Below, in pieces: positions 9,213 to 19,705 of a stretch of 64,000 nt of DNA. The stretch covers positions 128,415 to 192,414 of the forward strand of contig CBDFMZ010000001.1 of the NCBI GenBank assembly GCA_965249865.1. Reading direction: 5' to 3'. The translations under genes and the position numbers were made by a program. Below the pieces are notes generated by a model, which did no database searches, was not told the DNA's origin, and saw only the letters and a program-made list of their open reading frames with translations. Source of the stretch: Acidobacteriota bacterium (GTDB lineage Bacteria; Acidobacteriota; UBA6911; RPQK01; CBDFMZ01). Position 1 is the first letter of the stretch, and every line of letters begins with the position of its first letter.

Positions 9213-9689
9213 ATGGAGCTCCCGGAAACCGCAACGTTGAGCCGTCAAGCGGAACGAAGCGCTCATTCAAACCTGGATCAAGCAAGACTGGCCTCGCATT
9301 TAAAAAAAGTACGGTGCTTAAGTGCCTCTTTGGTGGTCCTGGACGAAAGCGGTTTGTTGATGACCCGCAGGTGCAGCGCATCTGGACGCTCCGAGGACAA
9401 ACCTCGGTCTTGTTGCAACGAGCGGCTTCCCACCAGAAAATCTTCATTCTGGCCAATACCGTTGCCTTCGAACTGGATCCACTGACTCGCACAGATCATC
9501 AGCACAACCTCCGCAGCCAACGTAACCCCTTCCTGTTCTGCTCCTTCTTGACTCACTATCCTCTTTTTGACCTCTAACATTAGAATTTTACTTATGCAGT
9601 ACTTAAATAACTTCTCTGACTTCCCGGACAAGAACAGCCAGCTTCCACTCTAAGCCTTACCATGTTACTGTCTTGTCTAGGAGGACTGC

Positions 9690-10736
9690 ATGAAGAGAAA
9701 AATCCTGCTATTGCTGGCTGTGAGTTGCATTGCCTACTATCCGTCCCGAAGTGATGTCGCCGAGATGGTCTCTAGCGCACGAGATTTCTTAGCTTCACTG
9801 GGTAGTGAACAACAGGCCCACGCAACATTTTCATTTCAAGACGATGAACGTTTAAACTGGCACTATATCCCAAAAGCGCGAAAAGGCGTTTCCTTTGAAG
9901 ATTTGGCACCAGCACAGCGCAAGATGGCCCATGTGCTTATGGCCTCTGGTTTAAGTCGAGAGGGTTACAGGAAAGCCAACCAGATTATCTATCTCGAACA
10001 GATTCTTTATGAGTTGGAAGACCAGAATCCCGTACGTGATCCCGAAGACTACTTCTTCTCGGTTTTTGCCAAACCCTCAACTACGAGCACCTGGGGATGG
10101 CGATTGGAAGGACATCATCTCACTGTCAACTTTACGATTGACAAAGGTCAAGTGATTTCAGCAACTCCTTTTTTTTTCGGAGCCAATCCGGCTCATGTTT
10201 TAGAAGGACCGCACAAGGGATTGCGCGTCCTGGCGGCTGAGGAGGACAGGGCCCGTGAACTGTTCCTTTCTTTAAAGAAGTCACATGGCGAAAAGGTTCT
10301 CATCGACGTTGAAGCTCCTGCCGAGATAATCACGGGTGCCGACCGTCAGGCCAAGATGGACCTTCCCGTGGGAATCCTCCTTTCCGAGATGAAAAAAGAA
10401 CAAGCTGCCCATTTGATTGATCTAATCAGCTTGTATGCCAACCGGCTCCGTCCCGAACTGGCTGAAGTTGAATGGAAAAGATTACGTCAGGAGGGGATTG
10501 AGAAGATTCATTTTGCCTGGGCAGGAGCAAGCGAACGGGCTCAACCCCACTATTACCGAATTCAGGGTCCGACTTTTGTCATCGAATACGATAACACGCA
10601 AAACAACGCTAACCATATTCACAGCGTTTGGCGTAACTTCACGAACGATTTCGGTCTCGACGTGCTACGACGGCACTATGTCCAGAATCATCCCGGTGTT
10701 AATCTTTCCACGGCGTCACCCTCAAGGACGCTTTGA
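9690..10736 (+). CDS. secreted hypothetical protein, DUF3500-like
   Basis: It has an N-terminal signal peptide, and WGWRLEGHHLTVNFT resembles the conserved DUF3500 motif. The family call is tentative. Confidence 0.5.
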   Translation: MKRKILLLLAVSCIAYYPSRSDVAEMVSSARDFLASLGSEQQAHATFSFQDDERLNWHYIPKARKGVSFEDLAPAQRKMAHVLMASGLSREGYRKANQIIYLEQILYELEDQNPVRDPEDYFFSVFAKPSTTSTWGWRLEGHHLTVNFTIDKGQVISATPFFFGANPAHVLEGPHKGLRVLAAEEDRARELFLSLKKSHGEKVLIDVEAPAEIITGADRQAKMDLPVGILLSEMKKEQAAHLIDLISLYANRLRPELAEVEWKRLRQEGIEKIHFAWAGASERAQPHYYRIQGPTFVIEYDNTQNNANHIHSVWRNFTNDFGLDVLRRHYVQNHPGVNLSTASPSRTL

Positions 10737-10796
10737 TGAAGCTCGGCGCAACGCTCGGGCGACGGATGCATTTTTGAAACACAAAAGATCAGGAAA

Positions 10797-11456
10797 GTGA
10801 ATCCATTCAACATCATCAGCGTCATCTGCTCCATTTTGGTCTTGGCCTCGGTGCCCAACGAAACAGGTTTTATTCCCCTTTTTGACGGCAAGACTTTAAA
10901 CGGGTGGGAAAAGCACATGGGACTTCCCGCCGACAACATCGGCGGGAAATGGAAAGTGATCGACGATGCCATCACTGGAGATCAAGATCCTCCCGGGAAG
11001 GGAGGCTTCCTCATTACTGATGAGATCTACAGTGATTTCATCCTGAAGCTGGAGACCAAGATCGACTGGCCGATCGATAGTGGGATTTTCCTTCGCGTCG
11101 GTGAAGACGGCAAGAGTCACCAAGTGACACTCGACCATCGCCCGGAGGGTGATATCGGAGGAATCTATTTACCTTGGACACAAGGGTTTGTCCGGCGAAG
11201 TCCGCAAGGGATTCAGTACTGGAAAACGGGAGTGTGGAACGATGTTAAGATCCAGATCGAGGGGGAGCCCGCCCGCATTCATTTCTGGCTAAATGGCTAT
11301 TTGGTAACAGATTTCCAGCATACCGAAAAGACCACGCGAGGTGTTCCCCGCACGGGCTACATTGCCTTGCAAATCCATCCGGGTAAAGACTGGGTTCCTG
11401 GGAACAAGGCGCGATTCCGCAAGATCCGTATCAAGCCTAGGCACCCGCACCAGTGA
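10797..11456 (+). CDS. DUF1080 (3-keto-disaccharide hydrolase-like, concanavalin-type fold) secreted protein
   Basis: It has a signal peptide, then IPLFDGKTLNGWEK...KWKVIDDAITGDQ...GGFLITDEIYSDFILKLE...ALQIHPGK, the typical DUF1080 pattern. Confidence 0.7.
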   Translation: MNPFNIISVICSILVLASVPNETGFIPLFDGKTLNGWEKHMGLPADNIGGKWKVIDDAITGDQDPPGKGGFLITDEIYSDFILKLETKIDWPIDSGIFLRVGEDGKSHQVTLDHRPEGDIGGIYLPWTQGFVRRSPQGIQYWKTGVWNDVKIQIEGEPARIHFWLNGYLVTDFQHTEKTTRGVPRTGYIALQIHPGKDWVPGNKARFRKIRIKPRHPHQ

Positions 11457-11487
11457 AAGGTGTAGTCCGCGACAACACTCTGCAGGT

Positions 11488-13272
11488 TCAAAGATCGGCA
11501 ACCTCTACTCCCGCGCTAACCCAGCGCGGGGGCATCTGAACACCTCGAATCTCCTGGTAATCTATGTTGAGCATATTGGAACACTCCACATAGAAGTTGA
11601 ATTTCCCAAAAGTATGCTTTAAGCGTCCATCCAATATCCAGTAGCTGCGGCCGTCGGCGCGGCGCTTGTAATCGATTCTGTGTCCCAGCGTTAGAGACCA
11701 GGGGAGACTAATACCGCCGAAAGCACTGAAGGAGTGACGGGCGTAATCGAGAACATACTTGGAGAGAAAGGGAACAAAACCCGCATCGGAGGAGAGGTAG
11801 GTGTACTGTAATCCCAGCTGCCCGCCGGAATCTAGAAACCGTTGGATGTTTGCCTCGACTCCTCGCGTTTTCAAATCTCGAATGTTCGTGGTGTTCCATT
11901 TCTGGCTTGGATTTTCACGGATCCAGTCAATCACGTCTTGCTCCCAGCGCGAGAACAGAGTCAGACCGGCCATCCAATTGGGCTGCGGTAACCACTCGAC
12001 TCCAGCTTCAGCTCCCCAGGCTTTTTCTGGCTTGAGCGAAGAACTCGCCTGGTGATTGGGGTCTCGGTAAAACCGCTCCGTGAAGGTGGGAATGCGAAAA
12101 GCGTGCCCAAGCGAGGAACGCAATTTCACGGTTGGGAAAAGCCACCAGCTAGCGCTGAGAGAAGGGCTGGTCGAAGATCCGAAATTCGAATAGTTATCGT
12201 ATCGGATCCCGGGGTAGAGCACACCCCTATCGCCCAGCTTTAGCTGTATCTCGGCAAAGGCACTGCGTCGAGAGTAATCATGGTCTCCTAAATTATTGGA
12301 CCGGATCCAGTCCTCACCGATTTCTACTCCTACAGTCAGTTGGGTCTGGTCTGAAAAACTCCGCTGCGCCTTTGCTAAACCTCCGAAGGCATGGGTGCGA
12401 TGGCGATTTTCGAAAAAACCAGGTCTTCCAATATCCCAGAGAAAATGGTCTCCGTGAGTCCTATAAAACACTTGTCCCGTCACATTCCACTGCCTTACCA
12501 GAAAAAGCTGATGGTCAAAAGAGAGGAGGGTTTGATTGGTCCACTCTTTGGAAGGTGATGGCCCGTAAAAACCGTTGGCCCCGAACTCTTTTCCCAGGTG
12601 CGAAATGAACAGAAAGGAACGTTCCCCAAAGTAGCTTTGAGAGGTAAACCCAATCGTCTGAAAATCCCGGTCGAACATAAAACCGGAGGAGCGATTGCCG
12701 GAAGCGGAAAATGACTGACGTATCCCGTTCTTTTCAAACTTCACGCCGGCCGAGCCGTCGACCAGGCCAAATTCTCCTACCGAGAAGTGGGCACGTTTAC
12801 CACTTCCTTTTTGACGGGTAATGATGTTAATGGTCCCGCCAAACGCGTCAGCACCGTAAAGGGAGGACCCTGGGCCGTAGAGAATCTCCACGCGGTCGAT
12901 ATCCTGGAGAAGAACTGGAATATCGGAATTATGATGTCCAGACTGGGAATCATTGAGTCGAATCCCATTGACCAAGACCAGAACCTGTCCAAAACCCGCA
13001 CCCCGCACCGAGAAATCAGCCTGCACTCCTAAAGGACCGCGCGCTCGGACTTCCAGACTGGCCGCGTAACGCAACAGCTCAGGAACTGAGCGAACGGGAA
13101 GCCGGGCAATCTGCTCATGATCGAGCACGGTCACCTTTCTAGCCAGATTCTTAAACGGAACCGGATGGCTAGTGGCAGAAACGATGACGGCCTCTTCAAT
13201 CGGTTTCTGAGCATGAGTCGCACTGGTGATCCACAAAAGTAACAAAAGTCTGCTCAATCGTCTTGAAGCCAA
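11488..13272 (-). CDS. TonB-dependent outer-membrane receptor (short, BtuB-like)
   Basis: It has a signal peptide and a plug domain with the TonB box and the ...VEILYGPGSSLYGADAFGGTINIITR motif. The 594-aa beta-barrel ends in an aromatic residue. Confidence 0.8.
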   Translation of the reverse strand: MASRRLSRLLLLLWITSATHAQKPIEEAVIVSATSHPVPFKNLARKVTVLDHEQIARLPVRSVPELLRYAASLEVRARGPLGVQADFSVRGAGFGQVLVLVNGIRLNDSQSGHHNSDIPVLLQDIDRVEILYGPGSSLYGADAFGGTINIITRQKGSGKRAHFSVGEFGLVDGSAGVKFEKNGIRQSFSASGNRSSGFMFDRDFQTIGFTSQSYFGERSFLFISHLGKEFGANGFYGPSPSKEWTNQTLLSFDHQLFLVRQWNVTGQVFYRTHGDHFLWDIGRPGFFENRHRTHAFGGLAKAQRSFSDQTQLTVGVEIGEDWIRSNNLGDHDYSRRSAFAEIQLKLGDRGVLYPGIRYDNYSNFGSSTSPSLSASWWLFPTVKLRSSLGHAFRIPTFTERFYRDPNHQASSSLKPEKAWGAEAGVEWLPQPNWMAGLTLFSRWEQDVIDWIRENPSQKWNTTNIRDLKTRGVEANIQRFLDSGGQLGLQYTYLSSDAGFVPFLSKYVLDYARHSFSAFGGISLPWSLTLGHRIDYKRRADGRSYWILDGRLKHTFGKFNFYVECSNMLNIDYQEIRGVQMPPRWVSAGVEVADL

Positions 13273-13410
13273 TATTGCCTCTCCTTCTCCAAAAAAAATA
13301 GAAACCTCAGATACGTCCTTTACTCTTTGTAAGGTAGCAGAAGTTGGTCGGAACGAAAATAGAGTACTGTGATGTCACTTATTGTCTAGTGCTCCATTCT
13401 GGAAATAGCG

Positions 13411-13447
13411 CGGCAATTGTGGTGAGCGTATTGATAAAACTGAGTAC
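13411..13447 (-). repeat. TIR-like copy (F) of the palindromic-element family; a possible degenerate partner arm begins ~13363
   Basis: The reverse complement reads agtactcagttttatcaatacgctcaccacaattgccg, matching the B-right and B-left arms (agtacYCRGTTT...AATACGCTCAC). It is intergenic, between the GT pseudogene stop and the TonB-receptor start. Confidence 0.45.
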
Positions 13448-14670
13448 TTAGTCCAGCACCTCTGTTTTCGTGGAAGAAACCATGCGGTAACGGATCCCGC
13501 GCCACTCGATGTCTCGACTCAAAAACGAGCGAATCAGACCGTACAAGGAGAGCAACGAGGCCAGCGGTCCCCCCGCAATATAGGCCCAGTGAAAACTGTT
13601 TAAAAGTTGTTTCTGCTCTGGAAACAAAATGAGCACTGAACGAATCCGTAGCCAACCTTTAAAACAACCCAAAGCATAAACCAGGCTGACCAGAGAGGTT
13701 AGCCAAAAAAGAGTGAGACTTTCATAGAATCCCCAGCCGATTAAAATCACCGCCGTTCCTCCCCAGAGGGTGAAACTGTTCAAAAACTGTGTCCCAAAGG
13801 CCCAGTTCCAGAGCCAAGGTTGATAAACACGAGTAATTGACAGCTGACGATGAGTCCAGTTCAACAATTCCTTCAGACTACAATCCTCAAAAGTAAAACT
13901 TAGACAGTGAGGTTGAAAATGGATCGACAACGAGTGATCATGCACAGCGCAGCTGATAGCGTAATCGTCACTGACTACATTCTCCCAATAATCAGTGACC
14001 CGGCAGGCATCAAAGACTTGTCTTCTGATCGCCATGGCACCGCCCCATGCGAAATAACAATCTTTTTGCTTCATCAAAGAAACTGCGCCCGCATTCCAAA
14101 CTGAACGCAAGACTGAGGCGAAATTCCCCGCTTGCGGAAGATACCAGCGAAAACCCGTGGTGATGCCTACACTCGGGTCTTCGAGGGGACTGACCAGACG
14201 ACCCAGCCAATCCTTCCCAGGACGGATATCGGAATCGCCGAAGGCAAAAACCTGGTCCTGGACTCGGACATGAGTTAACGCATGAAGAAGGTTATGTACT
14301 TTCTGCGCTCGTTTATATGCCTTGCCGGAAAGAGAATCTTGGACTTCACACGCGAGTGATCTTTACGAACGCACTCGAGAATTGGCAGGCAAAGATCAGA
14401 GGATTCGCCAGTGACTAGCAAAAATTGGAAGTCCGGATAATCTAACTCGAAATAGGCGTTCAAATTCGACTTAAGTCCTGGATCAACACCTTTACACGGC
14501 ACAACCAAGGTCACCGACGGAGTAAAGTCCCCTGTTGGCTTCGAAAGAAAGCTTCGAAACAACCCATGGAATTCAAGTCCACCTTTGAGGGAGTACGACG
14601 CTTCGAAAAGGGAAAGTAGGCCAAAAACGGTTAGTACAAAAGGAGGAACATCGACGGCTTCCATTTCCAC
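13448..14670 (-). CDS. GT2/GT21-type glycosyltransferase (ceramide-glucosyltransferase/HpnI-like), interrupted by a single-base frameshift near 14339
   Basis: The N-terminal ORF (14275..14670) carries VTLVVPCKG...NL. After a -1 shift the frame reads ...SGKAYKRAQKVHNLLHALTHVRVQDQVFAFGDSDIRPGKDWLGRLVSPLEDP, with the KxxNL and DxD motifs. It then continues into the 13448..14110 ORF with GGAMAIRRQVFD. The shift is at an AA/AAA homopolymer. Confidence 0.7.
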
Positions 14671-14809
14671 TTCTCAGATCTCAGGTTTAGCAAGGGTGGT
14701 TTATTTGGTCAGGGACTTGAAGAAACTTGCCATACGTGCAGAGTCCATTCCAGCTAAGTACTCGATTTCTTGAAAAAGCTCATTTGACCGTATTTATTAA
14801 ACCGACGTA

Positions 14810-15220
14810 TTAAAGACTCGCCACCTCGAGTAACTGCTTCCACTGGCTTTCAGTAACCGGCATGACCGACAATCGAGGCAAGCGGACCAGCAGAAACTCG
14901 GCGAAAGTGGGGTCTGATTTTACCTCCACCAGAGAAACCGGCCGCGGAAGTCGCTCCTTGGGTTTCACATCCACCACCATAAGCCTTGGATCTTTTTGCT
15001 TCGGGTCCGGATGAGGATCGGAAATCACCTCGGCAATCCCCACCAACGCCTTCTCATTTCCAGTGTGATAGATAAAAACCTTGTCTCCCTTGCGTATATT
15101 CCGCAGATGTTTCAGGGCTAGATTATTTGTGACTCCATCCCAGACCGTTTCTTGTTCCTTTTCCAAGTCATCGTAAGAGTAAGTGGAGGGTTCGGTTTTG
15201 AGCAGCCAAAATTGAGGCAT
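14810..15220 (-). CDS. EVE (PUA-like) domain protein
   Basis: MPQFWLLKTEPSTYSYDDL...WDGVTNNLALKHLRNIRKGDKVFIYHTG is the typical EVE-domain N-terminus; 136 aa. Confidence 0.8.
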   Translation of the reverse strand: MPQFWLLKTEPSTYSYDDLEKEQETVWDGVTNNLALKHLRNIRKGDKVFIYHTGNEKALVGIAEVISDPHPDPKQKDPRLMVVDVKPKERLPRPVSLVEVKSDPTFAEFLLVRLPRLSVMPVTESQWKQLLEVASL

Positions 15221-15358
15221 GCTAGATAGATTACAAGAAAGTCCTCTTCGAGAAAAGGCTAACAGCCGATGGTAAAAGGTTTTGAATTTCGTTCCGGCGA
15301 TAAGCTCATCATTGAACCTGGAAAGTCAAACCTGAACGGGGAACCTCAAAAACAGCTC

Positions 15359-16825
15359 TCACCTCAGACTATAGTGAATTAACCAACAAACTGGATCTAC
15401 TTTTACTCTTTCAACCTCCGAAAAACGGCCCTCCAGCTGCCACACTCTCTGCTGCATCTTCTTACTCAAGAGCAAATAGAAAGCTAAGTACCAGAAATCT
15501 TCGGGATAAACGGAAAGGGAATCTTCAACCAAAAAGTTGTCGTGCGGAGAAGAGTAAAACTTCAGGCAGGTCCAATAATCTATATCCGCTACAATCAGAG
15601 GTCTATTTTGAACCACTCTTTCGACATTTCTTGAAATTTCTCTCCAGTCCGGGTGAGGTTGAGTCACAAAGTTTCTGGACAATGCGGAAAAGTTATACGA
15701 GCAAAATAAAATAATCAGTACCCAGCGCACCGGTGCAAGACTTCCCATCGACAACACCAAGTAACCCATTAACAGCGAGAAGGCAGGAACAAACAAATAC
15801 TTTGTGTGGGTAACGGTCACGGTACCATGATAGAGATCGTTTGCCAACAGCAGCAAATAAGTTGTCAAGGCAAGTCCGAACAAGAAGTCGACCCGCCGCG
15901 TGCCCGTGTCAACACTCCTTTTCGCGATACCGTACAATAGAAACGCCAAACCCACCATTACCAATACCTTCCAGGGCTCGAAGACACGACCAAAAAGGAG
16001 TTGGACAAGGGCGATACTCCCTTCATGAACCAGACTGTGAAAATAAAGCTCCGGGTTTTCAGGTCCCAGAATCCACAAAGTTTCCGAGTTCCTCCTGGAG
16101 TATTGACGCATGAGTTGAGGAATCCAGGGAAGAAACAGAAGAGCAGGAATAAATAGTGCTATCAACCCTCTGGCAAAGAATCGGCGGCGGAAAAAGAGGT
16201 ATACCCCCCAAATGATCTCCACCACGTAGAGGAAAATAAAATAGTAATGCGTGTAAAGGCCTAAGGTGTTGACCAACAGGAGCCCCACTAACACACCACG
16301 AGGAATCCGGTCGAGGGAGTCAGTGAAACGCGAAAAGAGCAACAGTGAAAGAGAAACCCAAAGCAGGACCAAGGTATACATGCGAGCTTCTCTCGCAAGT
16401 GAAAAAGAATAGTTCGAAATGGCAAACAGGAAAGGGGCTAAAAACGGGGCGTACGGATGACCCGGAGCCCACTCGCGACTACTGAAAGCCACAACTATCA
16501 GGATTAATCCCAAGCATAACAAGCTGAACCCGCGGCCGGACCTTTCACTGAAACCAAAAACTGAGACCCATTTTTCCAGAATCCAAAAGTACAGGGGCGG
16601 ATGGTTGTCATTTTCATAGGTGAGACTGTTGAAGGAGAGTGTGAACTCGGGCTCATAATCGTCAATATGGGAAATCCCGATATCTCTGGCTGTGTAAATC
16701 TCATCTTCCCAATAGCCGTACCGATCCAGAGTGGGAGCGTAGAGGACAAATAGAATAAGACCGAAGACAATAAGGGAGGAGAATAACGGGACAAGAGGAC
16801 GGACTAACACGTGGCGAAGAAACAT
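15359..16825 (-). CDS. GT39/GT83-like membrane glycosyltransferase (ArnT/PMT family)
   Basis: It has 12 or more predicted TM helices, an N-terminal WEDE acidic motif in loop 1 and an HPPLYFW motif, features typical of dolichyl/undecaprenyl-phosphate-sugar-dependent transferases. Confidence 0.65.
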   Translation of the reverse strand: MFLRHVLVRPLVPLFSSLIVFGLILFVLYAPTLDRYGYWEDEIYTARDIGISHIDDYEPEFTLSFNSLTYENDNHPPLYFWILEKWVSVFGFSERSGRGFSLLCLGLILIVVAFSSREWAPGHPYAPFLAPFLFAISNYSFSLAREARMYTLVLLWVSLSLLLFSRFTDSLDRIPRGVLVGLLLVNTLGLYTHYYFIFLYVVEIIWGVYLFFRRRFFARGLIALFIPALLFLPWIPQLMRQYSRRNSETLWILGPENPELYFHSLVHEGSIALVQLLFGRVFEPWKVLVMVGLAFLLYGIAKRSVDTGTRRVDFLFGLALTTYLLLLANDLYHGTVTVTHTKYLFVPAFSLLMGYLVLSMGSLAPVRWVLIILFCSYNFSALSRNFVTQPHPDWREISRNVERVVQNRPLIVADIDYWTCLKFYSSPHDNFLVEDSLSVYPEDFWYLAFYLLLSKKMQQRVWQLEGRFSEVERVKVDPVCWLIHYSLR

Positions 16826-17118
16826 GATTCATAATACCCTAGCCATCAAGCACGTTTGGTAAGTCCAGTGTCTCCAATCATCCATTGCCGGAAAACTTGA
16901 GCCGGATACAGATCCACTCGGGAACAGGAGAGGATGAGCTCCGCTTCAGGGGAGATGTCCGATCCCGGAACACCGTCAGTTTAGACTTCCATTTAAAATG
17001 GTGGGTTTGAGACTACAGCTGAGAATAGTGAGTGTGTTTTGGATCGGTAAAAACTGCCCCAAGAAGATTCCCAGCTTCTCCTTTCGGCCAAAAGACAGCT
17101 TTGTCGCCAGCACCGTTC

Positions 17119-17847
17119 CTAACTTCTCCTGATCAACTTAACGGTACCTTCCCGGGTAAGAGAGTATCCTTCGGGTAAAGTTTGTTCCACACTCGGCCGA
17201 TATCCCCGCACATTCCAACCCTTTTCTGCTAGCCTTTCCAAAATGTGGCCCCGAATCCGGGGACGATCCTCCAAATCCAAATAGCATTGCAATATCGCTT
17301 CGCGGACTTCGTCCCCGGGACACTCAAAAAGATAGTCAAGCGTTGCCAGTCGGACATCGTCATCCTCATCTTCCAAGTACAAGCGCACTGTTTCCTCTAG
17401 CTCCAGCGAGTGGGATTCCTTAAGAAATCGGATCAACTGTGTTTTCGGTTCTGAGCTTGCTGGAGGATTTTCCCAGTGATAACGCAAAATCTCATTAATC
17501 GTCTGGGCCATTTTCTCTTCGGAGAGAATCTCCTCCAGCGCCCGCACCGGCCAATAGACCTGACGGTCTCGTTTCAGAAACTGTATCAAGGAAGGTGCTG
17601 CCTTTTCTCCAAATTCCACCAACCAGGACAACACTGTTTCTTTTTCTTCCTCGTCCTGACGCGAAGGAGACGCAGTAATGGTAAATCGATCAAGCAAAGC
17701 CATAATCGCCTCACTGGTCCCGATTTCCCGTAGGCGCTGGGCGGCATTGATACGGGGGGCCGGGTCTCCATGAGGCTCCTTGACCTTCTTTCGAGCCTTT
17801 TCAATCTGTTTTCCCGGCGAGCTACGAAAAAGTGAGAACAAATCCAT
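17119..17847 (-). CDS. hypothetical alpha-helical (HEAT-like) repeat protein
   Basis: 242 aa, acidic, with repeated helical segments. There is no family signature that I recognise. Confidence 0.45.
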   Translation of the reverse strand: MDLFSLFRSSPGKQIEKARKKVKEPHGDPAPRINAAQRLREIGTSEAIMALLDRFTITASPSRQDEEEKETVLSWLVEFGEKAAPSLIQFLKRDRQVYWPVRALEEILSEEKMAQTINEILRYHWENPPASSEPKTQLIRFLKESHSLELEETVRLYLEDEDDDVRLATLDYLFECPGDEVREAILQCYLDLEDRPRIRGHILERLAEKGWNVRGYRPSVEQTLPEGYSLTREGTVKLIRRS

Positions 17848-17952
17848 GCCGTTCTATCTTAGCCACAATGCTCCCGACATTTGTGCCATATGCATGAGTA
17901 GTATCTATGGTAAGAAGAAGTAACATAGTCAAGCTGTTTTTTCCAAACCCTT

Positions 17953-18024
17953 AGTGCTCGGTTTCCCCTTGATACAATGTTGTCTAATGGTGAAAGCGAA
18001 CCGATATGGGTCGGAAACGAGGAA
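17953..18024 (+). repeat. Compact degenerate copy (G) of the palindromic-element family
   Basis: The left arm gtgctcggtttccccttgatacaatgttgtctaatggtg matches the A-left arm tactcggtttcccatcaatatactcacgtttatggtg. The right arm atgggtcggaaacgagga matches the A-right arm atgggaaaccgagtaggga. It is intergenic, between divergent genes. Confidence 0.4.
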
Positions 18025-18221
18025 AGAATACTGGGGAGGTGACCCCGATGCCCTGAGACACTGTTGGTGATGCCAGTTAAAGCCCCTGGAAACTGATAGT
18101 GTAGTGACTGACGATCTACTAGCAGCTCAGTTGACGTGAAGTACTTGAACCTCATTGAAAACCCTCCAAAGGCCATCCGACGTGATAATCGATGGCAATT
18201 TTGTTAATCTAAAGGGCGATC

Positions 18222-19247
18222 ATGATTATCTGGATGATGTTGGCTATCCTCAATGTACTTTTTCTCCCCAACGCTTTTGCCCAATCACTCGATGTTTACT
18301 TTGTCGATGTCGAGGGAGGTGCAGCGACGTTGATTGTAACCCCCGAACGGGAGTCTATACTCATTGACAGCGGCTGGCGACGCGAGGACGGCCGTGATGC
18401 CAAGCGTATTTACCAGGTGGCCACCGAGCAGGCTGGAGTTCAAGAGATCACTTACCTCGTGACTACTCACTTTCACCAGGATCACTACGGGGCAGCGCCG
18501 CGTCTATCTCAAATGATTCCCATTCTCAACTTTCTGGATAGTGGACCCAGAAGCGAACTGAAGGAGGACCCCCAATTTCTTATTTTCTATACTGCGTACA
18601 TCCGGGCCAGTCGAGGCCAGCGCCAGAAGCTCAAGCCGGGTGACGAGATTCCTCTGCGGCAAGGGCTTTTGCCTGTGCGGTTAATATGCCTGGCCTCAGA
18701 TCGACAGACTCAGACCCAGACGGGCAGTCAGAACCCAGAGTGTTCGAATCAGCGCGCAAAGACGGAAGATCCCACAGATAATGCTCGAAGCGTCGGCCTC
18801 TTATTGCGATTTGGAGATTTCGAGTTCTTAGATTTAGGGGACTTGACCTGGAACCTCGAAGCCAAACTGATCTGTCCAGTGAATGTGATTGGCACGGTGG
18901 ATGCCTACCAAGTTACTCACCACGGATTAGAGACCAGTAACAACCCGGTCCTCGTGCGTAGTATTCAACCAACTGTCGCGATCATCAATAACGGACCGAA
19001 CAAAGGCGGTGAGCCGGGGGTTTTCACACTGTTGAAATCCATCGAGAACCTTCAGGATATCTTCCAAGTACATTTGAATTTGAGAACTGGAGCTGAGAAA
19101 AACACCTCCCTTGACCGGATCGCCAATCTAGGACCCGAGAAAGGCTGTGCAGGTCGCTGGATCCGACTGTCCGTCAGCTCCGATGCCTCGACTTTCACCT
19201 TGACCAATAGCCGTAATCAATTGGCGTGGACCTATCCAGTTCGCTGA
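18222..19247 (+). CDS. secreted MBL-fold metallo-hydrolase
   Basis: It has a signal peptide and the THFHQDH (HxHxDH) metallo-beta-lactamase motif. Confidence 0.75.
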   Translation: MIIWMMLAILNVLFLPNAFAQSLDVYFVDVEGGAATLIVTPERESILIDSGWRREDGRDAKRIYQVATEQAGVQEITYLVTTHFHQDHYGAAPRLSQMIPILNFLDSGPRSELKEDPQFLIFYTAYIRASRGQRQKLKPGDEIPLRQGLLPVRLICLASDRQTQTQTGSQNPECSNQRAKTEDPTDNARSVGLLLRFGDFEFLDLGDLTWNLEAKLICPVNVIGTVDAYQVTHHGLETSNNPVLVRSIQPTVAIINNGPNKGGEPGVFTLLKSIENLQDIFQVHLNLRTGAEKNTSLDRIANLGPEKGCAGRWIRLSVSSDASTFTLTNSRNQLAWTYPVR

Positions 19248-19594
19248 TAAATGGAACCCCTTTCGGCTTGCTTGCCTTCAGCCTTGCCGACCAAAAGCAT
19301 ACAAACCTTCTCGGGCAGATAAAACGTTCCGAGCTCAGTGATCTTGTTGATGAGCTGAACAACGTCGCACCGGCCACCCCAATGTTCACGTAGAATACTA
19401 TCGTCCGTTCGATTCACTAATCGTAATAAGGTAAGAGAAACCAAGTAGGAATCGTCGACCTGTCCAACAATCGGGACCACATCAGGCATCACGTCCATGG
19501 GATTAAGCACGTAAATCAAAACAGCACCCAAGAACGTCTTGTCGAACTTAGAAACGCGACCGCCCAAGAACAACCAGGAGACTAGTTTTACCAA
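19232..19594 (-). CDS. DUF1232 (YkvA-like) membrane protein
   Basis: LNPMDVMPDVVPIVGQVDDSYLV matches the DUF1232 signature (D.IPD.IP.iG.lDD). Confidence 0.7.
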   Translation of the reverse strand: MVKLVSWLFLGGRVSKFDKTFLGAVLIYVLNPMDVMPDVVPIVGQVDDSYLVSLTLLRLVNRTDDSILREHWGGRCDVVQLINKITELGTFYLPEKVCMLLVGKAEGKQAERGSIYQRTG

Positions 19595-19705
19595 GGTGGC
19601 AAAGCCTCCGAGCAGGTGATTGAACCGCCGTACTGGCTGTTATTTCCCGAATAGTTCTATGGTATTCGGTTTTCAGGTTCGATCAAAACTGGCTAAATCG
19701 TCACC

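Noticed and set aside
13273-13447. Cobalamin riboswitch upstream of the short BtuB-like TonB-dependent receptor
   Set aside because: No B12-box (GCCACTG or complement) was found. The region is instead occupied by repeat copy F.
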